Source: Pristiophorus japonicus
Taxonomy: Eukaryota
NCBI RefSeq assembly: GCF_044704955.1
Contig: NW_027251345.1
Location: 1-52,126 of the forward strand
Reading direction: 5' to 3'
DNA: 52,126 nucleotides
The position numbers and the translations under genes are program-made. Of the stretch, positions 26,315 through 39,339 are shown one piece after another. The stretch's first letter is position 1. Each line of letters begins with the position of its first letter. The notes beneath the pieces are model-generated. The model saw nothing but the letters and a program-made list of their open reading frames with translations. It made no database searches and was not told the DNA's origin.

Positions 26315-27149
26315 CTCGCCTTACCCATTGTCTGTTGAGACCACCAATGAAACGAGGGCGGAAATTACTGTCCTCAACAGTCACACCTCGAACGATTACT
26401 AATTTCAAAAACACCGCCAATAATTTTTTCAAGTGCGGATTATGTTAATAAATGCACCATTAGCCAAAGGTTTACAAACAGGTTTTACTTCCTTTTATTT
26501 TATTCCATATTTCCCTTACTAATTCCAGGCTGTTACAATCAAAATTAAATTCGCGTTCACTGTCAATCTGTCTGCAACAGATGGCAATCAATCCCCACTG
26601 ATTCTGCAACAGGGCACATTCCAGCTCAAACTGTGTAAAAGTTGGGAATCACAAATCATGGATTGATCTTCTGCATAGGCGGGAGTGAGACCAGAATTGG
26701 GAGCCCTTCTGTGAAAAGGGAAGAAGGATAGAGTGTTCACACTGCTCCCGTTCTGGTCTCTGTACAAACTCCCATTCTGGGTTTTTACACTGCAGGGAGT
26801 CCCGGGTTAATAAACGGATTGACCGTAACAGGAATTGAAAAATAAACTTGTAAAGGGCTTGCGAGAGAATGACTGAAATCTGAGCCTCATTCCCTAAACA
26901 AGCTCTTAATTCCTCGGCAGGCACTGTAAATGGGAATGAGCGTCAAGGAATCGTGTTTGTAGCATGAATGGCGGGAAATTCAACAGCGGTCCTAACGTCG
27001 AACCAGACAGTGAAGCTGCTTATGAGAATTCAAAACTAAATCCACAGCTGGAACTGCAAAGGTTCCCAAACACACTTGTTCAGGAAATAATTACAGTAAA
27101 TTGAGTCTAAAGGGTGATGCGCTTTAGGTCTTTCAGAGAGGTTGTGGGT
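26315..27149. repeat. Third copy of the H2A-H2B spacer (H2A gene itself missing)
   Basis: Colinear with 22600-23420, including CCAAT and CDE/CHR 26418-26404. Confidence 0.9.
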
Positions 27150-27326
27150 GGCTCTTAAAAGAGCCGTTGTGTTTCTGGTTTGTTCTCTCAGGACAGCGTG
27201 GAGTTTTACTTGGAGCTGATGTACTTGGTCACCGCCTTTGTCCCTTCCGACATGGCGTGCTTGGCCAGCTCCCCGGGCAGCAGCAGCAGGCGCACGGCGG
27301 TCTGGATCTCACCGGAACTGATGGTG
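27150..27326 (-). pseudogene. Histone H2B 3' fragment pseudogene fused to satellite
   Basis: [39 protein letters not shown] (27326-27206); stem-loop 27165-27150; HDE damaged. Confidence 0.95.
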
Positions 27327-28240
27327 TCAGATTATAGTATGAGAGTGTGCATTTTATTCTGTAACTGTCTATCTCTGGTATATGAATGTGGCATTTAATC
27401 TGTACCTGTCAGTTACTGGTATATGATTGTTGGGGTTACTCTCTACCTCTCAGTTTCGGTTATGTGATTGTGGGTTTTAATCTGTACCTGTCACTCCCTA
27501 GTATTTGAGTGTGGTGTTTATTCTGTATCCATTTGTCTCTGGTATGTTAGTGTGGGTTAATCTGCACCTATCAGCTGCTAGGTGAGTGTGGGTTTATTCT
27601 GTACCTCTCGGTTCTGGTATATGACTGTGGAGTTAATCTGTACCTGTCAGTCTCTGGTACGTGACTGTGTATTTTTTCTGTAACTGTCAGTTTATATGTG
27701 AGTGTGTATTTTATTCTATACATTTCAATTTCTGGTATGCGAATGTGGGGTTTAACCTGTACCTGTCAGTTTCTGGTATGCGAGTGTGGGTTTAATCTGT
27801 ACATACAGTTTCTGGTATATGAGTGTGGGGTTAATCTGTACCTATCAATTTCTGGTCTATTATTGTGGGCTTTAATCTGTACCTATTAGTTTCTGGTATG
27901 TGAGTGTGGGTGATATTCTGTACCTGTCTGTTTCTGGTATGAGAGAGTGGTTTTAAGATGTACCTTTCAGTCTTTGATAGGTGAAAGTGGGGATTAATCT
28001 GTCCCTGTCAGTTCCTGGTAGTTGAGTGTTGGTTTTATCCCATAGCTGTCAGTTTCTGGTCCATGTGTGGGGTTTAATCTGTAACCATCAGTTTCTGGTA
28101 AAAAGTGTGTGGTTTAATCTGTACCCGTCAGTTTCTGGTCGATGAGTGTGGGTTTAATCTATACCCATCAGTTTCTGGTGTGCAAGTGTGGGTTTTATTC
28201 TGTATATTTCAGTATCTGGTATATGAATGTGATATGTTTC
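27325..28240. repeat. ~41-bp satellite array 3
   Basis: Same consensus and polarity as array 1. Confidence 0.9.
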
Positions 28241-28279
28241 AATAGTGAAACAGCATTTGATCCTACCGCTCTGTGTGGC

Positions 28280-29570
28280 TGTAAGATTCACAATGAAACT
28301 CAGCCACTTCGGATCACTGTTGGACTGACAGCTTCTGCTGCCTGTGATAACAGGATTGAAGTCAGTTCTGTGTCTCTGCGCTCTGTGAGTGATAATGTAC
28401 TTACTGTATGCGAGAAGGAGCTGCCTGCACTTTGTCTTGTGTTCTGGGTGGAAGAAATATCATATTTATACTGGCTCAATGAAGTATTTTGCTTTGAGAA
28501 TAATAATACCATAAAAATATTAGTTATGATATGGACAACTGATGGGGAAAATATAAAATAAAGTTGTAATGAATGTATATGTTTATAATAAAGTAAAGTA
28601 TCTGGAGAGAGGAAACCGTGATTCAAACAGTGTCCTTGTCTGACCTCACTGCAGTACAGCGGCACTCAGATTTTCCATACCAGGTGTGTAGGACGGTTCT
28701 ATAGAAAGTTATCAGCATCCAGACGCAACTCAAACCCAGCACTGGTCCATGAATGGGATCACCCGATTAATACAATCGAGGTTTATATCCTCCACTCCCA
28801 TAGGACTACCTGTAAAATTCTGAATCGCTTTCTGGATTATAACCACAGGTACCTGAGCTGTACAACAATTGCTCTCAGTCTATTGGAACCGAGTTAAGTG
28901 CCTGTGCAGTCAACAGAATGTCACAGAGCCCGGATCCTGATGTATCTGAGGGAGCGACAATGTATCTCTCGATCACCTTCAACACGGTTCTGGAGAACTC
29001 AACGCACCGAAACAAAATTACCAAATTTGAAATGTCTACTTTCTGTCCTGGTGCCTGCAATAGATGCACTTTGTGACACTCCTCACATCCTCACTGTCAG
29101 GCTGTGTTTCCACTGTTCAATGTCCAAGAAGGGCAGACACGGTGAGATTGGGACTGAATCAGGAACATTCACTGCTGGTTTGGTGACAGAAACCAGCAAT
29201 GATTTGAAAGAGTGTGGTGATTAACTTTCTCTGTTACCTTACACTGTACACACACAGCCCGGGATATCCCCGCTCCCTTCCCCCACTCACTCCATGTTCC
29301 CGAACTACTACCTGCTCCATTCTGCCTCTTACAAAACAGCCCCCGATTCCCTGACAAAGCCCATTTGCGGACACAGTCCCAACGCGATGAGCTGCTGTAA
29401 GGTGGCTGCTGTTTGCTCCCTTACTCTGGCCCAGGATATCTCCGCTCCCTGATGTGGTCAACGATTATCAGCCCAGCACAGAGGAAATGGCAGCCATTGG
29501 CAGAGTTGGGGGAGGGGAGGTCGCATGGGCCCTTCCCGTCGGTTTAAACACTGGGCAGGGAGACGAGTGG
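28280..29570 (-). other. Dispersed repeated unit copy C
   Basis: Colinear with 4940-6230; donors at 29424-29419, 29094-29089, 28404-28399. Confidence 0.6.
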
Positions 29571-29673
29571 CCGGGGGTGGTGGGGAGCAGGCAAGTATTT
29601 CAATGCTCGAGTGTGAAGTTTGGAGGTGGATCTGGAAGCTCAGAGGCCGCTGTCTCTGCTCAATCTGTCACCC

Positions 29674-29790
29674 TGTATAGTTCAGACTATGGGATGTGAG
29701 TGTGTGTTTTACACTGTATAGTTCAGACTATGGGATGTGAGTGTGGGTTTTACACTGTATTGATCAGACTATGTGATGCGAGTGTGTGTT
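29674..29790. repeat. 41-bp satellite variant, ~3 units
   Basis: CTGTATAGTTCAGACTATGGGATGTGAGTGTG.GTTTTACA repeated. Confidence 0.9.
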
Positions 29791-30502
29791 AAATTTTATA
29801 TGAATCAAAAAGCAGAATGTTTAAAAGAGGAGAGACTAGCAAATGTAGTTATTCAGGGGGATTTGAGTGTCATTGTGCACAAATCACATATAGTTAACTT
29901 GCAGCTACTGCAAGCAATTAGGAAGGTAAAGGATATGTTGGCCTTTATTACAAGGGGTTTGGAGTATAAGAGTAAAGAAATGTGGCTGCCATTATGTAGG
30001 GCTTTGGTGAGACCACATCTGGATTACTGGGCACAGTTTTGGTCTCATTGCCTAAGGAAGGATATTAGAGGGGGTGCAACATTGAATCCTGGGATAGAGA
30101 GATTGAGTGAAATGCACCGATACACTCTGGAGTTTAGAAGAATGAGAGCGGAGCTCATTGAAACCTAAAAAAAAAATCTTAGAAGTCTTGGCAGGGTAGA
30201 TGCTGTGAGGCTGTTTCCATTTGTTGGATAGTCTCGATCTAGGGGTCACAGTCTCAGGATAAGGGATCGGACACTTAGGACTGAGATGAGGAGCAATGTA
30301 TTCACTCAGAGGGATGTGAATCTTTGGAATTCTATACACATAGGTCTGAGATGCTCAGTCATTGAGTATATTCAAGACAGAGAACAAAGGGAATCAAGGG
30401 AAATGGGTATCAGGCAGGAGTTCAGGGTGAAGTTCAGCCATGAATGTAATGAATTGTGGAGCAGGCTCGAGCGGCCTTACCGCCTACTATTTCTTATTCT
30501 CT
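29790..30502 (+). mobile_element. CR1 3' fragment, old
   Basis: ALVRPHLDYWAQFWS and EFRRMR motifs; degenerate tail. Confidence 0.9.
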
Positions 30503-32260
30503 TACAGCTGTCAATATCTGATACGTGAGTGTTGTTCTTTCTTCAGTTTTTGGTGGGCAAAAGTGGGTTTTATTATACACCATGTCAGCTTCTGGAATGT
30601 GACTGCGAGTTCCACTCTGTTTTTGCCTGTCTCCGGGATGTGAGTGTGGATTTTACTCTGTACCTGTCGGTCTCTGGTATGTCAATGTGGGTATTATCCT
30701 GTACCTGTCAGTTTCTCGTATGTGATTGGGGGATTTATTCTGTACTTGTCAGTTTCTGTTATGTGAGTTTTATTCTGTACCTGTTATTTTCTGAATTTAT
30801 AACATGGGTTTTCCTCTGTACCTGCCAGTTTCTGGGATGTGAGTGTTAACTTTTTGTCTGTACCTGTCTGTTTCCGGTATAGGAATGTAGGTAAAACTAT
30901 GTAGTTCTCAGTCTCTGGGATGTGAGTGTGCGTTTTACTCTGTATCAGTCACGTCTTTGGTATGTGAGTGGGTTTTATTCTATAGCTGTCATTCTCTGCT
31001 ATGCGAGTGTGATTTTACACTTTATCATTCAGACTCTGGTATGTGAGTGGGGTTTTATTCTGTACCTGTCATTTTCTCGTATGTTAACGTGGGCTTTAAT
31101 CAGTACCTGGCAGTTTCTGATATGCGAGAGTGGATTTTAGCCTGTATCTGTCAGTTTATGATATCTGAGAGTGGGTATCTCTCATTGTCTTTTATGTAAG
31201 TGTAAGTTTTACTCTGTATAGCTTAGTCTCGGATATGGGAGTGCAGAATTTACTCTATAGCTGTCTGTCTGTGTGATGCAAGTGTGGATTTTACTCTGTA
31301 TCTGTTAGTCTCTGATGTGAGTGTGTGAGTTTTACTCTGTATCTGTCAGTTTCTGGTATGCAAGTGTGGTTTTCCTCTATCATTCAGGCTCTGGGATGAA
31401 AATGAGAGTTTTACTCTGTATGTTAATATCTGCGATGTGAGTCTGGGTTGTACTCTGTAACTTTCATTTTCTCAAATCTGAGTTGGGTTTTATTTTGTAC
31501 CTGTCAGTTTCTAGTATATGAATAGGGGTTTTAATCTGTACCTGTCAGTTTCTGCTGTGATAGTGCTGCTTTTGTGCTGTATCTGTCAGTTTCTGATGTG
31601 TGAGTCTGTTTTAATCTGTACCTGTTAGGCTGTGGGATGTGAGTGTGTGCTTGACTCTGCATCGATCAGTATCTTTTATGTGGCTGTTGATTTTGCTCTG
31701 TAGCTGTCACTCTCTGGGATGTGAATGTGGGTTTGACTCTGTAGCTGTCATTTTCTCACGTGAGTGTGTCATAGACTGTATGTGTCACTCTCTGTGGTGT
31801 GAGTGTGGGCTTTACTCTGTATCTGTCAGTTTTTGGAATGAGAGTTTGGTTTTAATCTTTACCTGTCAGTTTCTGGTATTTGTCTGTTGTTGTTACTCTC
31901 CAATTGTTAGTTTCCAGGATGTGATTGTGTATTTTAATCAGTACCTGCCAGTTTCTTGTACAGGAGTGTGGATATTAGTCATATCTTCCAGTCTCTGGTA
32001 TGTGAGTGTGTGTTTTACTTTATAGCTGTCTGACTCTGGGATGCAAGTGTGTATTTTATTCTGTATCTGCTGGTTTACAGAATGTATTAACAAAAACTGA
32101 GAGGTACAGAATAAAAGTCATGTGAATATCCATTTTACTCTGCACCAGTCACTTTCCGATATGTGAGTGTGGATTTTAACCTATATCTGCCAGTCAGTCA
32201 GTGTGTTACCATATGTGATTGTGATTCAATCTCAATCCGTCATTCACTGTGCCCGAGAGT
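30503..32260. repeat. ~41-bp satellite array 4
   Basis: Same consensus; one inverted unit near 32091-32120. Confidence 0.9.
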
Positions 32261-32264
32261 ATGT

Positions 32265-32640
32265 ATCATTCTGTGTCTCTCAGTCCCTGGCACTGTGTGT
32301 AGGTGTGGGGTCCATTCTGTGTCTCAGTCCCTGGCACTGTTTGTAGGTGTGGGTCCATTCTGTGTCTCTCAGTCCCTGGCACTGTTTGTGGGTGTGGGAT
32401 CCATTCTGTGTCTCTCAGTCCCTGGCACTATTTGTGGGTGTGGGGTCCATTTTGTGTCTCTGAAACCCTGGCACTGTTTGTGGGTGTGGGGTCCATTTTG
32501 TGTCTAAGTCCCTGGCACTGTTTGTGGGTGTGTCCATTCTGTGTCTCTCAAACCCTGGCACTGTTTGTGGGTGTGGGATCCATTCTGTGTCTCTCAGTCC
32601 CCGGCACTGTTTGTGGGTGTGGGGTTCACTATGTCTCTGT
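32265..32640. repeat. 42-46-bp homogenised satellite variant, ~8 units
   Basis: CTGTGTCTCTCAGTCCCTGGCACTGTTTGTGGGTGTGGGGTCCATT repeated. Confidence 0.93.
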
Positions 32641-32669
32641 TAGAATGGTGATGTGTGAGAGTGCGAGAG

Positions 32670-35060
32670 TTATTATGTAATTGACAGTCTCTTGTTGCCA
32701 GCTATTCTTGCTGTGTGACTGTTGGATTCTGTTCCTTCTTTATGCCTATGCTAGTTTGAGATTATCTGTGATTATGTCAGGAGGAGGTTTGGTTCAGTCC
32801 ATTACCTCCGTTTCTCTGCTCTTGTATGTTAGTTGCTGGGTTTGAGAGTCAGTGTACAGACACCAGTGTGGATTGACACCGTGTCAGTCAGTCCTTGTGT
32901 GTGAGCAAGGGAGTGAAAATGGATCTGCCTCTCAGAGCGATATGTTTGGACTTTGAAACAACATCTTATTGTACTGTTCCAAGTGACTGTGGGATTCATA
33001 ATGTAACTCTGGGATTCGGATCACTGTGGGACTAGACAGCTTCTGCTACCTGTGACAATATGATTGAGGTCAGTTCTGTGTCTCTGCGCTCTGAGTGATA
33101 ATGTACTTACTGTGTGTGAGAGGGAGCTGCCTGCACTGTTCCTTGTGTTCCAGGTGGCGGAAAGATCACATTTATTCTGGGGGTGAAGTATTTTGCTCTG
33201 AGAATAATAATATGAGAACAATATTAGGTACAAGTCATGGACAGGTGCCTGTAGACTATAACAATAAAGTTATAATTAATGTGTTTCTTTATAATAAAGT
33301 AAAGTATCTGGAGAGAGGAATGCGCGATACAAACAGTGACATTGTCTGACCTCACTGCAGTACAGCGACACTCAGATTCTCTCATCATCATCATCATCAT
33401 AGGCGGTCCCTCGAACCAGGATGACTTGCTTCCACATGAGCTCACAGATGTTTCAATGAAGGACCTGATATTCCAATCCTGACTCCAATTGAAAGGGTGG
33501 AAGATGCCTGTGCGTGGATTTTTTTAACGTGTGGTGACCGTTGCACATCAGCCACCACATGTACTTGACAGAGCTAGGACTTTATCCAGTGGCAAGGGTA
33601 GACCAGGACTGGAGACCTGCTCGGCTGCACAGACCTAGTGCGCACAGACCCAGTGTGGGCTGGCCTGTGCTGCCCCTGGGCCATCGGCTCTTCTGGGCCT
33701 TGTACCCTCATTCGCCGCACCTCCGTCACAATCTCTCGCCACTCCTCCGCCACAAACATTCGCCGCACCTCCGCCATGATCTCCCACCGCACATCCACAC
33801 CAAACATTTGCCGAACCTCCGCCACGATCACCCACCGAATCTCAGCCACGATCCCTCAATGCCCCTCCATCTCGATCACTCACCACACCTCCGCCACGAC
33901 CATGAGCAGAGGAGCGGGACGGTCGTGGCGGAGGTGTGGTGAGTGATCAGATTCCCCACACCAGCTGTGTCAGACAGTTCTATAGTAAGTTATCAGCATC
34001 CAGACACAACCCAAACCCAGCACTGGTCCATGAATGGGAACACCCGATTGGCAGAGTCCAGGTTTATATCTCCCACTTCCATGGGACAATCTGTAAAGTT
34101 CTGAATCGCTTCCTGGATTATAACCACAGGTATCTGGGCTGTACAACAATTGTTTTCAGTCTAATGAAACAGAGCTGAGAGCCTGTACAGTTAACAGAAT
34201 GTCACAGATGTATCTGAGGGAGCGACAATGTATCTCTCGATCACCTGCAACACGGTTCTAGAGAATTCAACACACCGAAACAAAATAACCGATTATTGAA
34301 ATGTCTCCTTTCACACTCCTCTCCTGGTGCCTGCAATAGATGCACTTTGTGACACTCCACAGTCAGGCTGTGTTTCCACTGTTCAATGTCCAAGAACAAC
34401 AGACACTGTGAGATTGGAACTGAATCAGGAACATTCACTACTGATTTGGGGAAAGAAAGCAGCACTGATTTGAAAGAGCGAGGTGATTTACTTTCTCTGT
34501 TACCTTACACCGTACACACACAGCCCGAGAATGGCCTCTCCCTTCCCCCACTCACTCCATGTTCCAGAACTAATTCCTGCTCCACTCCACCTCTTACAGA
34601 CAGCCCCCGACTGCCGCTGAACTTACCCCGACTCAAAGCCCATCTGTGGACACAGTGCTAATGTGATGAGCTGCTGTAAGGAGGCTGCTGTTTGCTCCCT
34701 TACTCGGGCCCGGGATATCTCCGCTTCCTGATGTGTTGAACGATCATCAGCCCAGTAGAGAGGAAACGGCAGCCGCTGACAGAGCTGGGGGAGGGGAGCT
34801 CACATGGGCCCTTCCCGTCGGTTTAAACACTAGGCGGTGAGAGGGGGGAGCAGCATGTACTTAGTGCATGCTCAGACCATCTTTTTGTCACTATTTAAAT
34901 CAGCAAAAATGGGATTGTTTCACAAGTTGCTTTTATCACCAATTAAATGGGCCACATTGAGAGAATTTTAATTATAATCCGAATTACCAGCAAAATGATT
35001 CGGTGAGCCGGACACTGGAGTGGGATTTCCTAGAGAGTTTTACTCTTTCCGTCAGTCTCT
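32670..35060 (-). other. Dispersed repeated unit copy D (closest to copy A), with a retroelement insertion
   Basis: Colinear with 4606-6460; donors at 34703-34698 and 33110-33105; acceptor 34443-34441. Confidence 0.6.
33380..33946 (-). mobile_element. Non-coding non-LTR retroelement (SINE-like) with (TGA)n tail
   Basis: (TCA)n from 33382; TSD TCAGATTC 33372-33379 and 33947-33954; empty site in copies A and C; internal ~21-bp repeats 33710-33900; relative at 37921-38321. Confidence 0.85.
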
Positions 35061-35322
35061 GGTGTGTGAGTGTGTCCCTGTCAGGGACTATGATAGGGGA
35101 CTATGGGTTTTACTTGCTGCATATTATTGTTCTGATAACTGGGTGTGGGTTTTATTCTGTACCTGTCAGTCTCTGCTATGGGAATGTGGGTTTAATTCTG
35201 TACCTGTCAGTCTCTGCTATGCGAGTGCGGGTTTTACTCTACCTGTCAGCTACTAGTATGAGAGTGTAGGTTTTTTTTGTACCCGTCAATCTCTGGAATG
35301 TGAGTTTGGGTTTATTCTATTT
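35010..35322. repeat. ~41-bp satellite array 5 (short)
   Basis: Same consensus and polarity; corresponds to the start of array 2. Confidence 0.85.
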
Positions 35323-35679
35323 TAACCTGGCTATGAAACCTGCTCCCTCGCGGCATAGGTGTCCTCTGGAAATAAAACTCAGCAGATCAGTACGTGTCGC
35401 TTGCCGATTATTCAAAAGTTTCAGATAAATGCACAAAATGACCAAACTGCTTCAAAAACAGACATAGGCTGTCAAAAATAATGGAAAACAAGGCCCAGTA
35501 GATTTAGAGAGAGAGCTCGGGCTGGTGGGAATCCATCACTGGATCGTTCACACAAGCCGATTGGATTAATTTGGTGATAGTACGAATTCACTGGTAGGTA
35601 TTCGGTGAGTAAGGTAAATAATCACCAGATTGGAATATAGCTTTTTCTTGTAACATCACAGATAAGTGGATTGCAAGCA

Positions 35680-36796
35680 GGGTGGAGGAATTTGGTGATA
35701 GTAGGAATTCATTGCAAATTATTGACCTGGTTAGGAAATTGACTGAGCTGTAGGTGACAGAGGGTAGGGACAAAGGTTGGTTCTCAAGTTGGCAGGATGT
35801 GGTGTCCCACAGGGATCTGTGTTGGGGATTCAACTATCCCTAGTATTTATTAATGACTTAGTTGATGGCAATAGAAAGTCATATATCTAAATTTGCCGCT
35901 GACACAAAAGAAAGATGGCATTGCAGGCAGTGTAGTTGAAAGCATCAAATTTCAAAGGGATAGCGATAGATTAAGTTAATGAGCAAAACTGCGTCAAATC
36001 GATTTCAATGTAGACAAATGTGAGGTCATCCACTTTGGACCTAAAAAGGATACAAGAAGGTACTTTCTAAATGGTAAAAAGCTAAAAACAGTGGAGGTCC
36101 ACAGAGACTTGGGAGTCCAGGTACAGAGATCATTAAAATGTCATGAACAAGTACAGAAAATAATCAGAAAGGCTAATGGAACGCTGGTTTTTACATCTAG
36201 AGCACTAGAATACTATGGGGTAGAGGTTATGCTGCAGCTATACAAAGCCCTGGTTAGCCAACACCTGGAGCACTGTGAGCAGTTCTGGGCACCATGCCTT
36301 AGGAAGGTTATATTGGCCTTGGAGCGAGTGCAGCGTAGATTTACCACAATGATACTTGGACTCCAAGATTTAAGGTATGAGGAAAAATTACACAAATTAG
36401 GGCTGTATCCCCTAGAATTTAGGTTAAGGGCTGATCTGATCGAAGTTTAAGATATTAAACGGAACAGATGGGGTAGATAGAGAGAAACTATTTCGCTGGT
36501 TGGGGATTCTAGGACTCGGGACAGTCTAAAAATTAGAGCCAGAACTTTTAGCAGTGAAATGAGGAAACACATGTACACATAATGGGTGGTAGAAGTTTGG
36601 AACTTGCTTCCTCAAACACCAATTGATGCTAGATCAGTTGTTAATTTTAAATCGGAGATTGATAGCTGTTTGTTAACTAAAGGTATTAAAGGATCTGGTC
36701 AAAGGTGGGTATATGGAGTAAGGTCACAGATCAGCCATCATCTCATTGAATGGGGGAACAGGCTCGAGGGGCTCAATGGCCTACTCCTGTTCCTAT
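35680..36796 (+). mobile_element. CR1 LINE, old, 5'-truncated
   Basis: Degenerate RT motifs and CR1 terminus GGCTCGAGGGGCTCAATGGCCTACTCCTGTTCCTAT. Confidence 0.9.
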
Positions 36797-37374
36797 GGAG
36801 CAGTTGCCAGGACCGGTGAAATAATCCAAATAGAGATTCATTTGCTGAGACTCTGCAGCAGTTGTTTTCTGCTGTTAAATACCAGAATCAAATTGATCAG
36901 AATGCACCAATTGAAACAGAAAATCAGCACTTTCTGGGGAGGTGAATGGCCGAGACACATTGATACTGAACTGCATTTAGTGAGCAACAGAACAAGGAGG
37001 AAGAGACAATCTCACACAGACACATACACACACGTAGAGACATACCCACAGAAGCACATACACAAGCACGTACACATTCATATATCAAAATATATACATA
37101 AACACATACACAGCTACAAAGATTGACACACATACACTTCTCTAACGGCGAGAAGCTCGGAGCTGTGGATGAGCAGAGATTTTTCGGGGGAGGGGTATAA
37201 AAGGATACGGAGGTAAAGCAGGTGGAAGGAGTTGAGAATGTGAATAGAAGAGTTGTGAATGTGTCAGTTGAATAGGATCATGGGAAAATGGCTAAAAGAA
37301 AATGTGGAGGGAGCTTTACTCTGTATCTAATCCCTGCTGTACTACATGTCTTATTACATTAATATATTTGCAGA

Positions 37375-37797
37375 ATTGGCATATAATGAATTTCAACACT
37401 GATAAATGTGAGGTATTGCGTTTTGGTAACAGAAATAAGGAGATCACATATTAGTTGGAAAACCAGAATCTAAATGGGGCAGAAGAGCAAAGTGATCTCG
37501 GAATACAAATGCAAAAATCACCAAAAGTAGCGACCGTTAAAAAGAGCAAACCAAGCACTCGGGTTTATTTCCAGGGGGATTGAATTGAAAAGTAGCTAAG
37601 TTATGCTGAATTTGTATCGAACCTCGGTTGGACCACATTTGGAGTACTGTGTACAATTGTGATCTCTATATTATAAAAAGGATAGAGGCATTGGCGAGGA
37701 TGGAAATTAGATTTACAATTATGATACCAGAAATGTGAGGTTATGCCTATTAGGAAAGGATGAACAGGCTGAGTCTCTTCCTCTTGAAAAGAGAAGG
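37375..37797 (+). mobile_element. CR1 ORF2 fragment, old
   Basis: Degenerate KCEV..HFG and PHLEYCVQ region. Confidence 0.8.
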
Positions 37798-37920
37798 TGA
37801 CTTTTTTAATTCGTTCATGGGATGTGGGCTTCGCTGGCAAGGCCAGCATTTATTACCCATCTCTAATTGCCCTTAAGAAGATGGTTGTGAGCCACCTTGA
37901 ACCGCTGCAGTCCGTGTGGT

Positions 37921-38999
37921 GGAGCGGTGAGGTCAGGGCGAAGGAGCGGCAAGAGATTGTAGCGGGACAAGATCGGGACCTAGGAGAGGCGTGTGTTTGG
38001 GGACCAGAAGAGGCGAGGGGCCCAGGGGCAGCACGGGCCATCCACACTGCGACATACGTGCGCATTAAGTCCGTGCAGCAGAGCTGGTCTCTGGTCGTTT
38101 TGGTTAATCCTTGCTCCTGGACCAAGACCTAGCTCTGTCAAGCCCGTGTGGTGGCTGGTGTGCAACGGTCACCACACGTTTTTTTAAAAAAAAATCCACG
38201 CACAGACTTCTTCCACCCTTCAACATGTAATATGGGACCTGGAATTTTACGTCCTTCATTGAAACACCTGTGAACTTTTTGACGTGGAAGCAAGTCATCC
38301 TTGATTCGAGGGACTGTCTATTGTAAATACGGATTCTTTTTCCCTCAATGTGTTTCAGTGAATACACTGACGCGAACACCTTTTTGCCTTTTCTGTAAAA
38401 GACCTTTATTGAAGATTCTCCGGCTGGGACTTGTCAAGACAAAGGGACACTCTCAATCAGAAACTGTTTACCTTCCTCTGGACAAGTCCTTTTTTCAGCG
38501 TGAAATACCAATAGTTATACATTTTCAAAACAGAACACATTTGATTAGCACTTGGTCTATCCATTCCCTTTCTGGCTCCCCCCACCCCCCCCCCCCCTCC
38601 CCCCCCCGAGTACGTCCAATGGCAGGCAAGAAAGTCTCTCAATTAGGGCTGGTGTCAGGGTCAGGTTAGTTATAGCTTCACTACACTGTCTTCCCTTATC
38701 AGTAAAGAACCCAATTAGTTTCCCTTCCTCCTTATCAGTAAAAGCTATTACTTTTCCCCTTCTATCTAGGATTGCTTTCTTTCTTTGTGCCGCCTTGCGT
38801 CTTTCTCATGACCCGTGTTTAACCTCAACCTCAACTCTTGGTAACCCCTTTTTTTTCTGTCGATTCTGCAGTTGTCTGCATCTTGGCATTTCTTTATCTA
38901 TTTTCCCATGATTCCCTATCTCCATCCTTTTGCCACATTCTCTATCCATCTACCACATTCTCAGCCCTTCTTTACACATTCTCACTATGATGATGATGA
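37921..38999 (+). mobile_element. (TGA)n-tailed SINE-like element, body 37921-38321 and tail 38985-38999
   Basis: Reverse-complement match to 33380-33760; tail displaced by the LTR. Confidence 0.85.
38322..38984 (-). mobile_element. Solo LTR, 663 bp
   Basis: TG...CA termini, 4-bp TSD CTAT (38318-38321 and 38985-38988), AATAAA on the minus strand at 38410-38405. Confidence 0.88.
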
Positions 39000-39339
39000 G
39001 GGAGGGAGTGCCAGGATTTTGACCCAGCGACAAAGCAACGGTGATATTCTTACAGATCAGGATGGTGTGTGACTTGGAGGGGAACATGGTGGTGGTGGTG
39101 GTGTTCCCATGTGCTTGCTGCCCTTGTCCTTCCAGATGGTAGAGGTCGAGGGTTTGGGAGGGGCTGCCGAAGAAGCACTCATATCTTCACCTGTTTCTTT
39201 CTCAATTTCTCTTCCCCCCCCCCACCTTCTCTCTCTCTCTCTCTCTCTCTAATTCACATTTGCTCTATTAAGAACATAAGAAATAGGAGCAGGAGTAGGC
39301 CATTTGGCCCCTCGAGCCTGCTCCGCCATTCAATAAGAT

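Larger units (their letters stand above)
37802..39176 (-). mobile_element. LINE-like 3' fragment (two pieces, 37802-37920 and ~39000-39176) split by nested elements
   Basis: Minus strand ends AATAAATGCTGGCCTTGCCAGCGAAGCCCACATCCCATGAACGAATTAAAAA; I recall the two pieces as adjacent parts of one shark repeat. Confidence 0.6.

Noticed and set aside
34663-34731. C/D-box snoRNA-like GTGATGA...CTGA
   Set aside because: Paralogous copies read GCGATGA (CpG decay explains the box), there is no terminal stem and no convincing guide
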